64,000 nt of DNA. Origin: Anaeromyxobacteraceae bacterium. Lineage in GTDB: Bacteria > Myxococcota > Myxococcia > Myxococcales > Anaeromyxobacteraceae. Positions 27,119 to 37,168 of this stretch are shown here, piece after piece (position 1 is the first letter of the stretch; each line of letters starts with the position of its first letter). A program made the position numbers and the translations under genes. Under the pieces are notes generated by a model. It was not told the DNA's origin and did not search any database. It saw nothing but the letters and a program-made list of their open reading frames with translations. The stretch lies in NCBI GenBank assembly GCA_047602405.1, contig JASGHJ010000002.1:1152001-1216000 (forward strand). The letters run 5' to 3'.

Positions 27119-28062
27119 CGCTGCTTCCTCCCTGGACCGTGCGTGGCGCGGGGGCTGCGCTGGCCCCGAGCGCTCCGCGGGGCCGCGCCGACCGCACCCA
27201 CGAGCTCCAGCACCTGCACGAACGACGAGATCGCGACCGGCCAGCGCGCGGGCGTCTCCTCGGCCACGTGGCGCTTCGTCACCGACGCGGCCGAGATGAT
27301 GGCGAGCCGGTCGCGGTACTCCCACGAGACGTAGGTCCCGTACTCGGCCCAGATCCCGGCGACGCCGCACGCCTTCGCGGCGGGCATGTCCTTCTTCACG
27401 TTGTCGCCGACGTAGACCACGTCGCGCGGCGCGAAGGAGAAGTCCTCGAGGATGCGCCGGAGCCCCGCGGGGTTCGGCTTCTCGGCCTCGTGGGGCAGCT
27501 CGACGACCGGCGTCTTCGACCGGTAGTGCCCCGCCTCCTGCCGCCGGCGGATCTCCGGGTCGACGTTCTCGGGCAGGGGGTAGCCGGGCAGCGTGTAGAG
27601 CGCGTCGAAGTGGCCGTCGAGCTTCAGGTGCTTGAGGCGCAGCTCCGCGGCGTTCCGCGGCGCGTCGCTGAGGCCGATGACGGCGACGCCTCGCCGGCGG
27701 AGCTCGTCGAGCGTCTCGCGGACGCCGGGGTAGGGGCGCAGGTAGCGCTCCCGGGCGGCGGCGAACGCCTTCCGGGCCGGGTCGAGCACGAGCGCGCGGA
27801 AGGAGTCGAAGTCGGCCTCGTACGGCTTGAAGAGCTCCGACTCCTGGATGGCGAACGGGTACTCGTTCGACTCGTAGCGGGCGTACACCGCCTTCAGCGA
27901 CTGGACGATGCGGACGCGCGGGAGCCCGGTCGTCGCCTCGAGCGAGGCGACCATGGCCTCGAGGCAGGGGACGATGTAGTCGACCCACGGGTACAGCGTG
28001 TTGTCGAGGTCCGTGACGACGGCCCGGATGCGCGGCGCTCTGGTCGGCACGGGGCGCACCAT
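27115..28062 (-). CDS. HAD family hydrolase
   Basis: TDLDNTL, PYPGV, KPNP, YVGDNVKKD. Confidence 0.9.
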   Translation of the reverse strand: MVRPVPTRAPRIRAVVTDLDNTLYPWVDYIVPCLEAMVASLEATTGLPRVRIVQSLKAVYARYESNEYPFAIQESELFKPYEADFDSFRALVLDPARKAFAAARERYLRPYPGVRETLDELRRRGVAVIGLSDAPRNAAELRLKHLKLDGHFDALYTLPGYPLPENVDPEIRRRQEAGHYRSKTPVVELPHEAEKPNPAGLRRILEDFSFAPRDVVYVGDNVKKDMPAAKACGVAGIWAEYGTYVSWEYRDRLAIISAASVTKRHVAEETPARWPVAISSFVQVLELVGAVGAAPRSARGQRSPRATHGPGRKQR

Positions 28063-28119
28063 ACCGCGAATCCTCCCGTCCCGGACCGGACTCCAAGGCC
28101 CAGGGAAGCGGAAGGGACG

Positions 28120-28161
28120 GGGACGAGGCAGGGACGAGGCAGGGACGAAGCAGGGACGAAG
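28120..28161. repeat. 11-bp tandem repeat GGGACGA(G/A)GCA, ~4 copies
   Basis: Units at 28120, 28131, 28142 and 28153 (partial) in the divergent HAD/ECF intergenic region. Confidence 0.8.
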
Positions 28162-28236
28162 AGAGGTCTGGGGATGCTGCTCGAGGTTGCCCTCCCGGGG
28201 TCGTCCCGGTTACTGCTCGACGGAGGAGGCCTCCTG

Positions 28237-28818
28237 GTGCCAGAGCCGACCCCCGACGCAGCCCTGCTCGCGCGCTCCGCCGAGGGCGACCGCGCCGCGT
28301 TCGAGACGCTCGTGGACCGCCACGGCGACGCCATGTACCGCCTCGCCGTCCGGACCTGCGGGGCGGGGCGCGAGGCCGACGACGCCGTGCAGGACGCGCT
28401 CCTCGCCGCGTGGCGGGCGGCCGGCACCTTCCGGGGGCAGAGCGCGGTCCGCACCTGGCTCCTGCAGGTCGTCGTGAACGCCTGCCACCGCCGGCACCGC
28501 CTGCGCGCCGGCCAGCCCAGCCACCCGGCCTCCGTCGAGGAGGCCGCGCTCGTGCCCGCGCCGGAGACCGGCCCGGAGGAGCGCACGGCGGCGCGCGAGG
28601 TCGGGCGGGCCATCGACGCCGCGCTCGCCGCGATGGCGCCCGAGGCGCGGGAGGTGCTCGTGCTGCGCGACGTCGAGGGGCTCTCGGGCGAGGAGACCGC
28701 GGAGGCGCTCGGCCTCGAGCTCGCCGCCATGAAGAGCCGGCTGCACCGCGCCCGGCTCGAGCTGAAGCAGAGGGTGGAGGCCGTGCTGGGCCACCCGGTC
28801 GAGGAGGTGGTCCCGTGA
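28237..28818 (+). CDS. ECF sigma-70 factor
   Basis: GDRAAFETLV, DAVQD, FRGQSAVRTWL, LRDVEGLS, KSRLHRAR; GGAGGAGG RBS before GTG. Confidence 0.92.
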   Translation: MPEPTPDAALLARSAEGDRAAFETLVDRHGDAMYRLAVRTCGAGREADDAVQDALLAAWRAAGTFRGQSAVRTWLLQVVVNACHRRHRLRAGQPSHPASVEEAALVPAPETGPEERTAAREVGRAIDAALAAMAPEAREVLVLRDVEGLSGEETAEALGLELAAMKSRLHRARLELKQRVEAVLGHPVEEVVP

Positions 28819-29087
28819 GCGCCACGAACGCCGGCCTGACCTGCGAGGAGGTCCTCGCGCTCCTCTCCGACTACCTCGACGGCGAACTGTCCCCGGTCGA
28901 CCTCGGCAAGGTCGAGGCCCACCTCTCGGCGTGCGACGGCTGCACGAAGTTCGGCGGCCAGTTCCGGGCCACGGTGGGCGCCCTGAGGAGCCACCTCCGC
29001 TCCGCCGCGGGCCCGCGCCTCCCGGACCGCATCCGAGCCCGGCTGGACGCCCTGCTGGCCGAGAAGCCGAAGGCCCCGAAAGAGTAG
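28815..29087 (+). CDS. zf-HC2 anti-sigma factor (cytoplasmic)
   Basis: C...LSDYLDGEL...EAHLSACDGC; GTGA coupling to the sigma factor. Confidence 0.9.
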   Translation: MSATNAGLTCEEVLALLSDYLDGELSPVDLGKVEAHLSACDGCTKFGGQFRATVGALRSHLRSAAGPRLPDRIRARLDALLAEKPKAPKE

Positions 29088-29138
29088 GGGAAACGGCGGG
29101 GGTGCGTTCGGACGCCCCACCCGTGTACCATCCGGCCC

Positions 29139-30743
29139 GTGACCACGGCGGATCGGTACGCACTCCTCGCGAAGCTCCCCGACGCTGGCCCCTACACCCG
29201 CTACCTCGCCATCGAGCGCGGCGCGGTCCCGCGCGCGGTCGTCGTCTCGCAGGCCCCGGCGTCGGTGTCCGACGACCCCGCGAAGCTCGACGCGCTCGTG
29301 CGCGACGCCGAGGCCGCGGCCCGCCTGCGCCACGCCCACGTGCTGCCCTCGCTCGGGCTCGAGACGGTCGGCGACGGCACCGCGCTCGTCGAGGCCTACC
29401 GCGCCGGCGTCACGCTCCGCGAGCTCCTCGCGGCGGGCGGCCGGTTGCCCGCTCCGGTCGCCGGGCGCATCGCCGCCGACGTGTGCGCGGCGCTCGGGAA
29501 GATCCACGCGTTCCAGACCGGCGACGGCCGGCCGCTCGTGCACGGACACGTGGGCGCGGAGCACGTCTGGATCGCCGACGGGGGCGAGGCGCTCCTCTGC
29601 GGCCTCGGGACGGGCGGCGGGGGCAGCGCCGTCGAGGACGTCCGGGGCGCGGCGGCGGTGCTCGGCGAGTGCCTCTCCGGCGAGCCCGTCGGCGAGCGCT
29701 TCGACGCGCCCGGCGTGCCGCCCGGGGTCGCCTCGGTGGTGAGCCGCTACCGCAGCGCCGCGTCCGCGGTGCTCGGGCCGGCCGCGCTCGGCGAGGCCGT
29801 CGCCGCCGCCATGAAGCCCGGCCTCGCCGGACGTGACGCGGTCGCCGCGTGGGTCGACCAGGTCCTCCCGCACGCGCAGGGCATCCGCGCCGAGCGCGCG
29901 CAGCTCCTCGAGGACGCGCTCGGGCCGGAGGCGCGCTTCGGCGGCGCCGCGGCCGGCTCGCGCGGCAAGCAGAAGGAGGCGGACCGGCCGACGCCCGCGC
30001 CGATCCCGCACGACGACCACGAGCAGGACGACGAGCTGCCCGCGGAGGAGATCGCGGTCGACCAGATCATCGACACGGCGTCGCTCCGGGCGAAGACCGT
30101 CCCCATGCTCCGCGCCGTCACCGACGAGGACATCCTCGCGATGGCCGTGGAGCCGACGCCGGTCGCGGTGCCGGCCCCGTCGCCCGCCGCCACCCCGCCC
30201 GACGCCGCGCGCGCGTTCCCCGCGCCGGCCGCCCCCGCCGCGAGCCGGGGGCGCTTCCTCGCGCTCGTGGCGGCCGCCTTCGCGCTCGTGGGGTTCCTGG
30301 GTGGCTTCGCGTTCTCGCGCGCGGGGTCCCCGCCGCCTCCGCCCCGGTCCGCGTCGGTCTCGGCCGCTGCCCCCGCGGCGCCGTCCACCCCCGCGCGCCC
30401 CGCGCCTGCGCCCGAGCCGCCCCCGGCGCCGAAGGCGGTGCCCGCGGCCGCGAAGCGCCCGGCCTCCCCGCCCGCCCGCCGTGCGGCGGCGCCTGCGCCG
30501 GCCCCCGCCCCGTCTCCGGGAAGCTCCGACCGCGAGCACGTCCTCGGCGGGCTGCTCACCGTCACCGCGCCGGACGGCGCGAGCGTGCTCCTCGACGGCA
30601 AGCCCCTCGGCACCGGGTCCTTGAAGAAGACCATCCCGGCCGGCAACCACCGCGTGGAGGTGCAGTTCCGCGGGGCGCAGGTGGGGGAGGACTTCGAGAT
30701 GCTGTCGGGCGGGACCTACGAGTACCAGGTCCGGGCGAAGTGA
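29139..30743 (+). CDS. Ser/Thr pseudokinase with TM helix and PEGA-like domain
   Basis: Kinase-like AARLRHAHV, GVTLRELL and LVHGHV, but catalytic motifs are degenerate; TM, Pro/Ala linker, APDGASVLLDGK..G. Confidence 0.75.
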   Translation: MTTADRYALLAKLPDAGPYTRYLAIERGAVPRAVVVSQAPASVSDDPAKLDALVRDAEAAARLRHAHVLPSLGLETVGDGTALVEAYRAGVTLRELLAAGGRLPAPVAGRIAADVCAALGKIHAFQTGDGRPLVHGHVGAEHVWIADGGEALLCGLGTGGGGSAVEDVRGAAAVLGECLSGEPVGERFDAPGVPPGVASVVSRYRSAASAVLGPAALGEAVAAAMKPGLAGRDAVAAWVDQVLPHAQGIRAERAQLLEDALGPEARFGGAAAGSRGKQKEADRPTPAPIPHDDHEQDDELPAEEIAVDQIIDTASLRAKTVPMLRAVTDEDILAMAVEPTPVAVPAPSPAATPPDAARAFPAPAAPAASRGRFLALVAAAFALVGFLGGFAFSRAGSPPPPPRSASVSAAAPAAPSTPARPAPAPEPPPAPKAVPAAAKRPASPPARRAAAPAPAPAPSPGSSDREHVLGGLLTVTAPDGASVLLDGKPLGTGSLKKTIPAGNHRVEVQFRGAQVGEDFEMLSGGTYEYQVRAK

Positions 30744-30801
30744 CCGCCCCGCGGCGTCAGCGGCCGGGCCAGCAGCTCAGACAGCAAGCTCGGCCAGCGA
30801 C

Positions 30802-33009
30802 TCAGCCGCGCGCCGCCGCGTCCAGGATCGCCCGCACGCGCTCGAGCAGCGCGCGCGCGGTGAACGGCTTCGCGAGGAACTCGACGCCGGGCGCGAGCAC
30901 CCCGCGCGTCGCGATCGCGTCGGCGGTGTAGCCCGACACGTACAGCACCGGCAGCCCGGGGCGCGCCGAGCGCAGCGCCTGGGCGACGTCGCGGCCGCCG
31001 ACCCCGGGCAGCACCACGTCGGTGACGACGAGGTCGAGCCGGCCGCCCCGCGCGAGCTCGATGGCCTCCTGGCCCTGGCTCGCGACGAGCACCTGGTAAC
31101 CGGCCCCGCGGAGCACGCGGACGGTGAGGCTCCGGACGAGCGCGTCGTCCTCGACCACGAGCACGGTCTCGGTGCCGCGGCGCGGGTTCGCGAGGGGGTT
31201 CTCGGCCACCGGCGCCGGCGTGGGGCTGCCGGTCCGCGGGAACCGAATCTCGAAGGTGGTGCCGCGGCCGGGCGTGGAGTCGACGGAGATGTGGCCGCCC
31301 GCCTGGTCGACGATGCCGTACACGGTGGCGAGCCCGAGGCCGGTGCCGGCGCCCGGGCCCTTCGTCGTGAAGAACGGCTCGAAGAGGTGCTCCTTCACCT
31401 CCGGCGCCATGCCGGTGCCGGTGTCGCGCACCGCGAGCGCCACCCAGGCGCCGTGGCGCTGCCGCGCGTCGGCCTCGTGGGCCTCCACGTTGCGCACCGC
31501 GATGGCGAGCCGGCCGCCGCCGGGCATCGCGTCGCGCGCGTTCACGGCGAGGTTCATCAGCACCTGCTCGAGCTGGCCGGGGTCGGCGTGCACGGGCCAC
31601 ACGCCGGGCACGGTCGAGACCGAGAGCTCCACGTCCTCGCCGAGGACGCGGCGGAGGAGCTTCTCGGCCTTCTTCACCACCTCGCCGAGGTCGAGCGCCA
31701 CGGGCGCGATGACCTGCTTGCGGGCGAAGGCGAGGAGCTGGCGGGTGAGGTCGCGGGCGCGCTCGCCGGCCGCGTGGATCGCCTCGACGTCCTCGACGTT
31801 CGGGGCCAGGCCGCGCGCGGCGGCCGCCTTGAGCTCGGAGGAGCAGGTGAGGATGACGGTGAGGAGGTTGTTGAAGTCGTGCGCGACGCCGCCGGCGAGC
31901 CGCCCGATGGCCTCCATCTTCTGGGCCTGGCGCAGCTGCGCCGCGAGGCGGTCGCGCTCCGCCTGCGCCTGCTTGATGGCGCCGATGTCGCGGGTGATGG
32001 AGAGGACGCAGGCCTCGCCGGCGAGCTGGATGAGCGCGGCGGACATGAGGCCGGTGACGATGCGGCCGTCCTTGCCGCGGAACTGCGCCTCGAGGTTCTC
32101 CACCCGCCCCGCGGCCCTGAGGCCGTTCACGAGCCGGTCGCGATCGGTCGGGTCGACCCAGACCCCGAGCTCCACCGCGGGGTGGCCCACCACGTCGTCG
32201 GCGGTCCAGCCGGTGAGGCGGGTGAAGCCGTCGTTCACGGCGACGTAGACGCCGTCGGCGAGGCGGGTGACGTTCACCGCGTCGGGGCTCGTCATGAAGG
32301 CGAGGCGGAACCGCTCCTCGCTCTCGCGCAGGGCCACCTCGGTCTCGCGGTGCTCCTCGATGGCGCGCTCGAGCGCGAGGTTGCGCTGGGCGAGCTCGCG
32401 GGTGCGCTCGCGGACCTTGCGGTCGAGCTCGTCGGCGAGGAGCCCGAGCTCCTCGAGGAGCGTGCAGTTGTCGAGCCGCGCGACCACGAGCTCGACGAGG
32501 CGGTGGAGGAAGATCTCCGAGCGGCGCAGGCGGGCGGCGCCGCGGTCGTCGGCGAAGAGGAACGCGCCCTCCGGCACGGCGCGCGAGCGGAACGGGATGA
32601 GCAGCACCGCCGCCGGCGCGAAGCGGAACGCGGCGCCCAGGCCGGAGTCGGCGCAGGCGGGGCCCTCGAGGAGCCGGCTCGCGACGGCGAGGTGTTCCGG
32701 CAGCCGGCCGGAGAGGGTGAGCGACGGGCGCATGGGCGGCGCGTCGGAGAAGCTCGTGAAGTGCTCGAGGATCGTCGCTTCCGTGCCGCCCAGCGAGAGG
32801 CACGCGCAGAGCGGGATGTCCTTCAGCATCGAGATGCGCTCGAGTCCGGCGCGCAGGATCGGGCCGCGCTCCTTGAGCGCGTGGATCTGCTCCGCGACGA
32901 GGCCGAGCAGGAGGGCGTCCTCGTGCCCCTCGGTCAGGCTCGAGTTCTCCTCCTCGAGGAGCGAGAGCCGGCGCTCGAGGGCGCGAAGCTCCTCGTCGTG
33001 ATGGCTCAC
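30802..33009 (-). CDS. PAS-domain hybrid histidine kinase/response regulator
   Basis: LAGGVAHDFNNLL, NLAVNARDAM, FEPFFTTK, GTGLGL; REC domain VLVVEDD/TDVVLP/KPF. Confidence 0.95.
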   Translation of the reverse strand: MSHHDEELRALERRLSLLEEENSSLTEGHEDALLLGLVAEQIHALKERGPILRAGLERISMLKDIPLCACLSLGGTEATILEHFTSFSDAPPMRPSLTLSGRLPEHLAVASRLLEGPACADSGLGAAFRFAPAAVLLIPFRSRAVPEGAFLFADDRGAARLRRSEIFLHRLVELVVARLDNCTLLEELGLLADELDRKVRERTRELAQRNLALERAIEEHRETEVALRESEERFRLAFMTSPDAVNVTRLADGVYVAVNDGFTRLTGWTADDVVGHPAVELGVWVDPTDRDRLVNGLRAAGRVENLEAQFRGKDGRIVTGLMSAALIQLAGEACVLSITRDIGAIKQAQAERDRLAAQLRQAQKMEAIGRLAGGVAHDFNNLLTVILTCSSELKAAAARGLAPNVEDVEAIHAAGERARDLTRQLLAFARKQVIAPVALDLGEVVKKAEKLLRRVLGEDVELSVSTVPGVWPVHADPGQLEQVLMNLAVNARDAMPGGGRLAIAVRNVEAHEADARQRHGAWVALAVRDTGTGMAPEVKEHLFEPFFTTKGPGAGTGLGLATVYGIVDQAGGHISVDSTPGRGTTFEIRFPRTGSPTPAPVAENPLANPRRGTETVLVVEDDALVRSLTVRVLRGAGYQVLVASQGQEAIELARGGRLDLVVTDVVLPGVGGRDVAQALRSARPGLPVLYVSGYTADAIATRGVLAPGVEFLAKPFTARALLERVRAILDAAARG

Positions 33010-33105
33010 GCGGCCCGCCCTGTGTATCCCGCCGTCTTCACCCGGGAATCCCCTCGATACCCGTCGATACCACGATGGGGATCGGGGTCCAGTTCCCGGC
33101 TGCCG

Positions 33106-35385
33106 CTACGCGTACCCCCAGCGCCGCCGGAGCAGCCACTCGGCGGTCAGGAGCCCCGCGAGCAGCGCGAGCCAGCCGCCGCGGTCCCAGATCGGCACGC
33201 TCCTGCGGCGGCCGATCTCGACCACCTCGGGGTCGGCGAGCCTGAGGTCGGGCAGGTCGCCGGGCAGCGCCGCGGCGTTCCCGCCGGTGGCCGCCGCGAT
33301 CGCCGAGAGGAGCTCCGGCCGCGGCGCCGCGTCGGCGTCCTCGGGGCCCGCCCCGCGCACGGCCACCGCGGCGGTCGCGACCTCCTGCCCGTCCTCGCTC
33401 CGGGCGTTGACCTTGTAGGCCCCCGGCCCGGGCGGCTGCAGCTCGATCCGCGCGTTGCCGTCGTCGCCCGCCACCGCCTCGCCGCGGGCGACGGACTTGC
33501 CGTCCTCGGACACGAGCTCGGCGGTCACGCGCTTCCCGGCGCGCGGCCCGAAGTCGGGGCCCCGCACGGCGACCGTGAGGCCGACCGGCGCGCCGGGCTC
33601 GACCGCGGGCGCGTCGGGCTCGACCTGCAGCGGCGAGAGGCCGGGGTCGCGCACGAGCCAGCGCAGGGCCGCGTTCCAGAAGCGCAGGTAGGCCCGGTTG
33701 CCCTGGCCGAGCTCGGCGGCCTGGAACCCCCAGCGCCAGGAGGCGTCGGTCGCGACCGCGAGCGAGCGCCCCTGGCCCACCTCGCGGATCGCGACCACCG
33801 GCGCGGGCCGGCCGCCGACGAGCGCCTCGGGGGCCTCGAGCAGCACGGAGGCGCCGGCGCTCGCCGCGAGGGGGCGGGTGAGGTTCACCGCGGTGATGGG
33901 CGGGAGCGCCGCCCAGAGCGCCTCGTTCTGGCCCTCGCTCGCCGCGAGCCGCACGAGCGGGTGACGGCGCCCCTCCGGCGTGAGCCGCGGGCGCGCCTCG
34001 CCCTCGCGCATCGGGAGCCCGTTGACGAGCTCGACCGGCAGCACCTCGGCGAGCGGGGTGTCGCCGTACTGCCCGTCGGCGAACGAGAGCTCGCCGCCCA
34101 CCATCGCGAGCGCGCCGCCCCCCTTCACGTAGTCCCGGATGCCGGGCAGGTAGCGCTCGATGCCCATCGAGCGGTACGGCGCGTAGGCGAAGTTCGCGAA
34201 GATGATCGCGTCGAACGTGCGGAGCTGCTCGCCGAAGATCTCCTGCACCGGGAACGGGATGAGCGACAGGTCCTGCTGCGGGCCAGGGTCGTCCGAGGTG
34301 GAGCGCAGGATGTAGAACGACACGAGGTCGACGTTCGGATCCTGCTTCAGCACCGAGCGCAGGAAGCGCACGTCCCAGCTCGGCCGGCCGGCGACGAGGA
34401 GCACCCGCACCCGGTCCCGGATCACCCGCAGCACGAACGAGCGCTGGTTGTTCTCGACGACCGCCTCCCCGGGGAAGACCGGGGCGGCCACCGTGAACAC
34501 GAAGGTGCCGGTCTGGTCGGGCGCGAAGGGGATCGGCACGGTGTAGCGGTCACGGCCGGGCTCGAGCTTCACGTTCGCGGTCGAGACCACCGCGCCCTCG
34601 CGCCGCAGCACGAGCTTCACGTCCTCGCTCCCGAACCCGCGGGCCCGCAGCGTCACCTCGGCGGTGAGCGAGTTCCGCACGAAGGCGAAGTCGTCCACCG
34701 CGACCCGCTCGACCGCGAGGTCGCGGGGCGCGCTCCGCCCGGTGGACGCGGTGTTCACCGGCACGCCGAGCGCCTCGATGCGGGCCTTCGCGGCGGGGGA
34801 GAGGCCCTCGGCGAGCTCGGCGTTGTCGGCGCCGTCGGAGACGACGAGCACGCCGGCGAGCTTGCGGGACGAGCCGCTCCCGGCCGCGGCGGCCTCGAGC
34901 GCGCCCACGAGGTCGGTCCGGCCGGCCTTCGACGCGAGCGGGCCCTTCGCGAGCTCGGCCGGGTCGAGCGGCGACAGCTCCTGCCCGAACGTCGACCACT
35001 CGACGTCCACCCGATCGGCGAGCCGGCCGAGCGCGGCCCGGCCCCTCGCGAGGGCCTCGGCGGCGGCCTCGGCGCGGCTCGGCCCGCCGGGCTCCACCGG
35101 GAAGTTCATCGAGCGGGAGGCGTCGAGGAGGACGGCGAGGCGGTTGCGCACCCGGGCGGTCTGGAGCAGCTCGACCGCGGGCTCGAGCGCGAGGAACACC
35201 GCCACCGCGGCGGCGACGGCCCGCAGCGCCACGAGCGCGGCCTTCCGGGCGCGGCGGGGCTCGCCGCGCAGGCCGCGCCAGGCGAGGAGGACGGAGGCGA
35301 GGGCGGCGGCGACGACGAGCGCGATCGCCCAGGTCGGCAGCGGGCTCTGCGCGGCGAGGCGCCAGCTGTCGTACGTCCCCTCCAC
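33106..35385 (-). CDS. Membrane protein with vWA-like and glutamine-amidotransferase-like domains
   Basis: LLDASRSM, SDGADN, VLLVAGRPSWD, GGALAMVGG, EWLLRRRWG. Confidence 0.8.
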   Translation of the reverse strand: MEGTYDSWRLAAQSPLPTWAIALVVAAALASVLLAWRGLRGEPRRARKAALVALRAVAAAVAVFLALEPAVELLQTARVRNRLAVLLDASRSMNFPVEPGGPSRAEAAAEALARGRAALGRLADRVDVEWSTFGQELSPLDPAELAKGPLASKAGRTDLVGALEAAAAGSGSSRKLAGVLVVSDGADNAELAEGLSPAAKARIEALGVPVNTASTGRSAPRDLAVERVAVDDFAFVRNSLTAEVTLRARGFGSEDVKLVLRREGAVVSTANVKLEPGRDRYTVPIPFAPDQTGTFVFTVAAPVFPGEAVVENNQRSFVLRVIRDRVRVLLVAGRPSWDVRFLRSVLKQDPNVDLVSFYILRSTSDDPGPQQDLSLIPFPVQEIFGEQLRTFDAIIFANFAYAPYRSMGIERYLPGIRDYVKGGGALAMVGGELSFADGQYGDTPLAEVLPVELVNGLPMREGEARPRLTPEGRRHPLVRLAASEGQNEALWAALPPITAVNLTRPLAASAGASVLLEAPEALVGGRPAPVVAIREVGQGRSLAVATDASWRWGFQAAELGQGNRAYLRFWNAALRWLVRDPGLSPLQVEPDAPAVEPGAPVGLTVAVRGPDFGPRAGKRVTAELVSEDGKSVARGEAVAGDDGNARIELQPPGPGAYKVNARSEDGQEVATAAVAVRGAGPEDADAAPRPELLSAIAAATGGNAAALPGDLPDLRLADPEVVEIGRRRSVPIWDRGGWLALLAGLLTAEWLLRRRWGYA

Positions 35386-35386
35386 C

Positions 35387-36157
35387 TCAGCTCCGGCGCC
35401 TGAGGATGAAGGGGAGGTGGACCGCGTCGTCCTTGTAGTCGGTGCAGAGCGCGTACATCGCGAGGTTCACGCCGGTGCGGATGGCGGTCTCGCGCTGCGC
35501 CTCGCCGCCCGGCGTGCACGGGTACTCCCAGTCGCCGAGCTCGGTGCGGGCCCAGGCGCCGCCGAGGTCGTTCTGCGAGTACGCGACCGCGACGCGCCCG
35601 TCGAGCAGCTGCCCCTCCATCCAGGGCTTCACGAGCACCCGGCCCCCCTGCCGGTCGAGCAGGTAGAAGCTCTTCCAGAGCACGTGCTCGCGGGCGATGG
35701 GCGCGAGCGGCGAGGCGGGGAGCACCTTCGCGAGCTCCCTGCGGACGGACGCGTCGAAGCCGGTGCCGTCGGAGCCGTCGGCGGAGTCGACGAGCAGGAA
35801 CCCGCCGTACTGCAGGAACCGGCGCAGCCCGTTCCGCTCGGCGTCGGTGAGCGCCGGCATGGGCCCCGCGCCCGCGAGGTACAGCCAGGGGGTGCGGTGG
35901 AGGCCCGGGCGGTCGAGGCGGACCTGCGCGACCTCGGTGGCCGACTCGATCGAGGTGCGGCGCCCGAGCTCCCACCCCAGCCGGCGCAGGGCGCTCGGGC
36001 GCGGGTTCCAGGACCCGCCGTGCTGGACCTGCGCGAGGACCACCCGGGACGCGTCCGAGAGGGCGCGGGCGCGGTACGGGAGGAGGAGCGTGCCCGCGGT
36101 GCCCGCGAGCCCGCGCAGCAGGGCGCGGCGGGAGAGCGGGCGAGGGGTTCCGGGCAT
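35387..36157 (-). CDS. DUF4159 domain protein (Tat signal)
   Basis: LSRRALL twin-arginine signal; LRRFLQYGGFLLVD, NDLGGAW, GVNLAMYALCTDYKDD. Confidence 0.85.
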   Translation of the reverse strand: MPGTPRPLSRRALLRGLAGTAGTLLLPYRARALSDASRVVLAQVQHGGSWNPRPSALRRLGWELGRRTSIESATEVAQVRLDRPGLHRTPWLYLAGAGPMPALTDAERNGLRRFLQYGGFLLVDSADGSDGTGFDASVRRELAKVLPASPLAPIAREHVLWKSFYLLDRQGGRVLVKPWMEGQLLDGRVAVAYSQNDLGGAWARTELGDWEYPCTPGGEAQRETAIRTGVNLAMYALCTDYKDDAVHLPFILRRRS

Positions 36158-36227
36158 CGACAGGCACCATGTTAGGGCGGATCCGGCCCGTCCGCACGGC
36201 GTCTTCGATGGTACATTCCGGCCCCGG

Positions 36228-36479
36228 ATGGCTCGAAAGGAACGGGTGAAGGCGGCGGCCGGCGTCGACCGCCTCGAGGGGCTCCTCGCCGCGGGCGACC
36301 ACGCCGGCGCCCGGCGGGAGGCGGCCCGGCTCCAGGCGGACGCGGGGGCCGGCGAAGACGCCCGCGCGCGCGCGGCCGGGGCGCTCGCCTCGCTCGCCCC
36401 GGAGCGCGCGGCGCTCGCGCTGGGCGCGCTCTCGCTCCTGGCGGCCGCCCTGATTTTCGGCTGGCTCCTGACCCGGTGA
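36228..36479 (+). CDS. Small hypothetical membrane protein
   Basis: ATG ORF filling the gap; C-terminal TM helix. Confidence 0.6.
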   Translation: MARKERVKAAAGVDRLEGLLAAGDHAGARREAARLQADAGAGEDARARAAGALASLAPERAALALGALSLLAAALIFGWLLTR

Positions 36480-36483
36480 CCGC

Positions 36484-37158
36484 GTGATCGACGATCCCTC
36501 CATGGTCGGCGCGCTCGGGTCCCGCGCGCGGGATCTGCTCGCCGGGCTCGGCGCGGCGACCGCGCTCGTCCGGGGCAGCGGCGCGGCGGCGGCCGCCGGC
36601 GTGGCCCTCCTGGGCGTCGTCGCGCTCACCGTCGCGGGGCGCGCCGAGCGGGTCCTCGCCGGCCTGGGCGGGGCCGCCGCGGGCGCGCTCGGGGCGTACG
36701 CGTTCCGGGGCGGGCTCGCGCTCCACCTCGGGTTCTCGGCCTCGACCTCGGCGCTGGCCGGCGCCGCGATGTGCGGGCTCCTCTCCGCCGCCCTCCCGCG
36801 GCTCTTCCCGTTCGTCGCCGCCGCGATCCCCGCCGCGATGCTCGGCCTCGGCGTCCCCATCGCGGGGCGCCCGTGGGCCGGCGCGCTCGCCGGGGCCGCG
36901 GTGGGAGGGCTGCTCGCCGCGGCCTTCGCGCGGAGCGTCTCGATCGTGCTCGCCTCGGTCGGCGGCGGGCTCCTGCTCGCGGTGGGCGGCCTCGCGCTGC
37001 TCGAGCGGTACCCCCTCGCGGCGGCCGCCGCCTCCCGGCCGGTGGTGGTGCTCGGGGTCGCGCTCGTGCTCGCCGTCGCCGGCACCGCGCTGCAGCTCGA
37101 GCGCAGGACGCCGCCGGCGCTCGACGCGCGCCGGCCGGCGGACCGCTCGATCTCCTGA
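36484..37158 (+). CDS. Hypothetical polytopic membrane protein (DUF4203-like)
   Basis: About 7 hydrophobic Gly/Ala-rich segments. Confidence 0.65.
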   Translation: MIDDPSMVGALGSRARDLLAGLGAATALVRGSGAAAAAGVALLGVVALTVAGRAERVLAGLGGAAAGALGAYAFRGGLALHLGFSASTSALAGAAMCGLLSAALPRLFPFVAAAIPAAMLGLGVPIAGRPWAGALAGAAVGGLLAAAFARSVSIVLASVGGGLLLAVGGLALLERYPLAAAAASRPVVVLGVALVLAVAGTALQLERRTPPALDARRPADRSIS

Positions 37159-37168
37159 GCCGGGAAGG

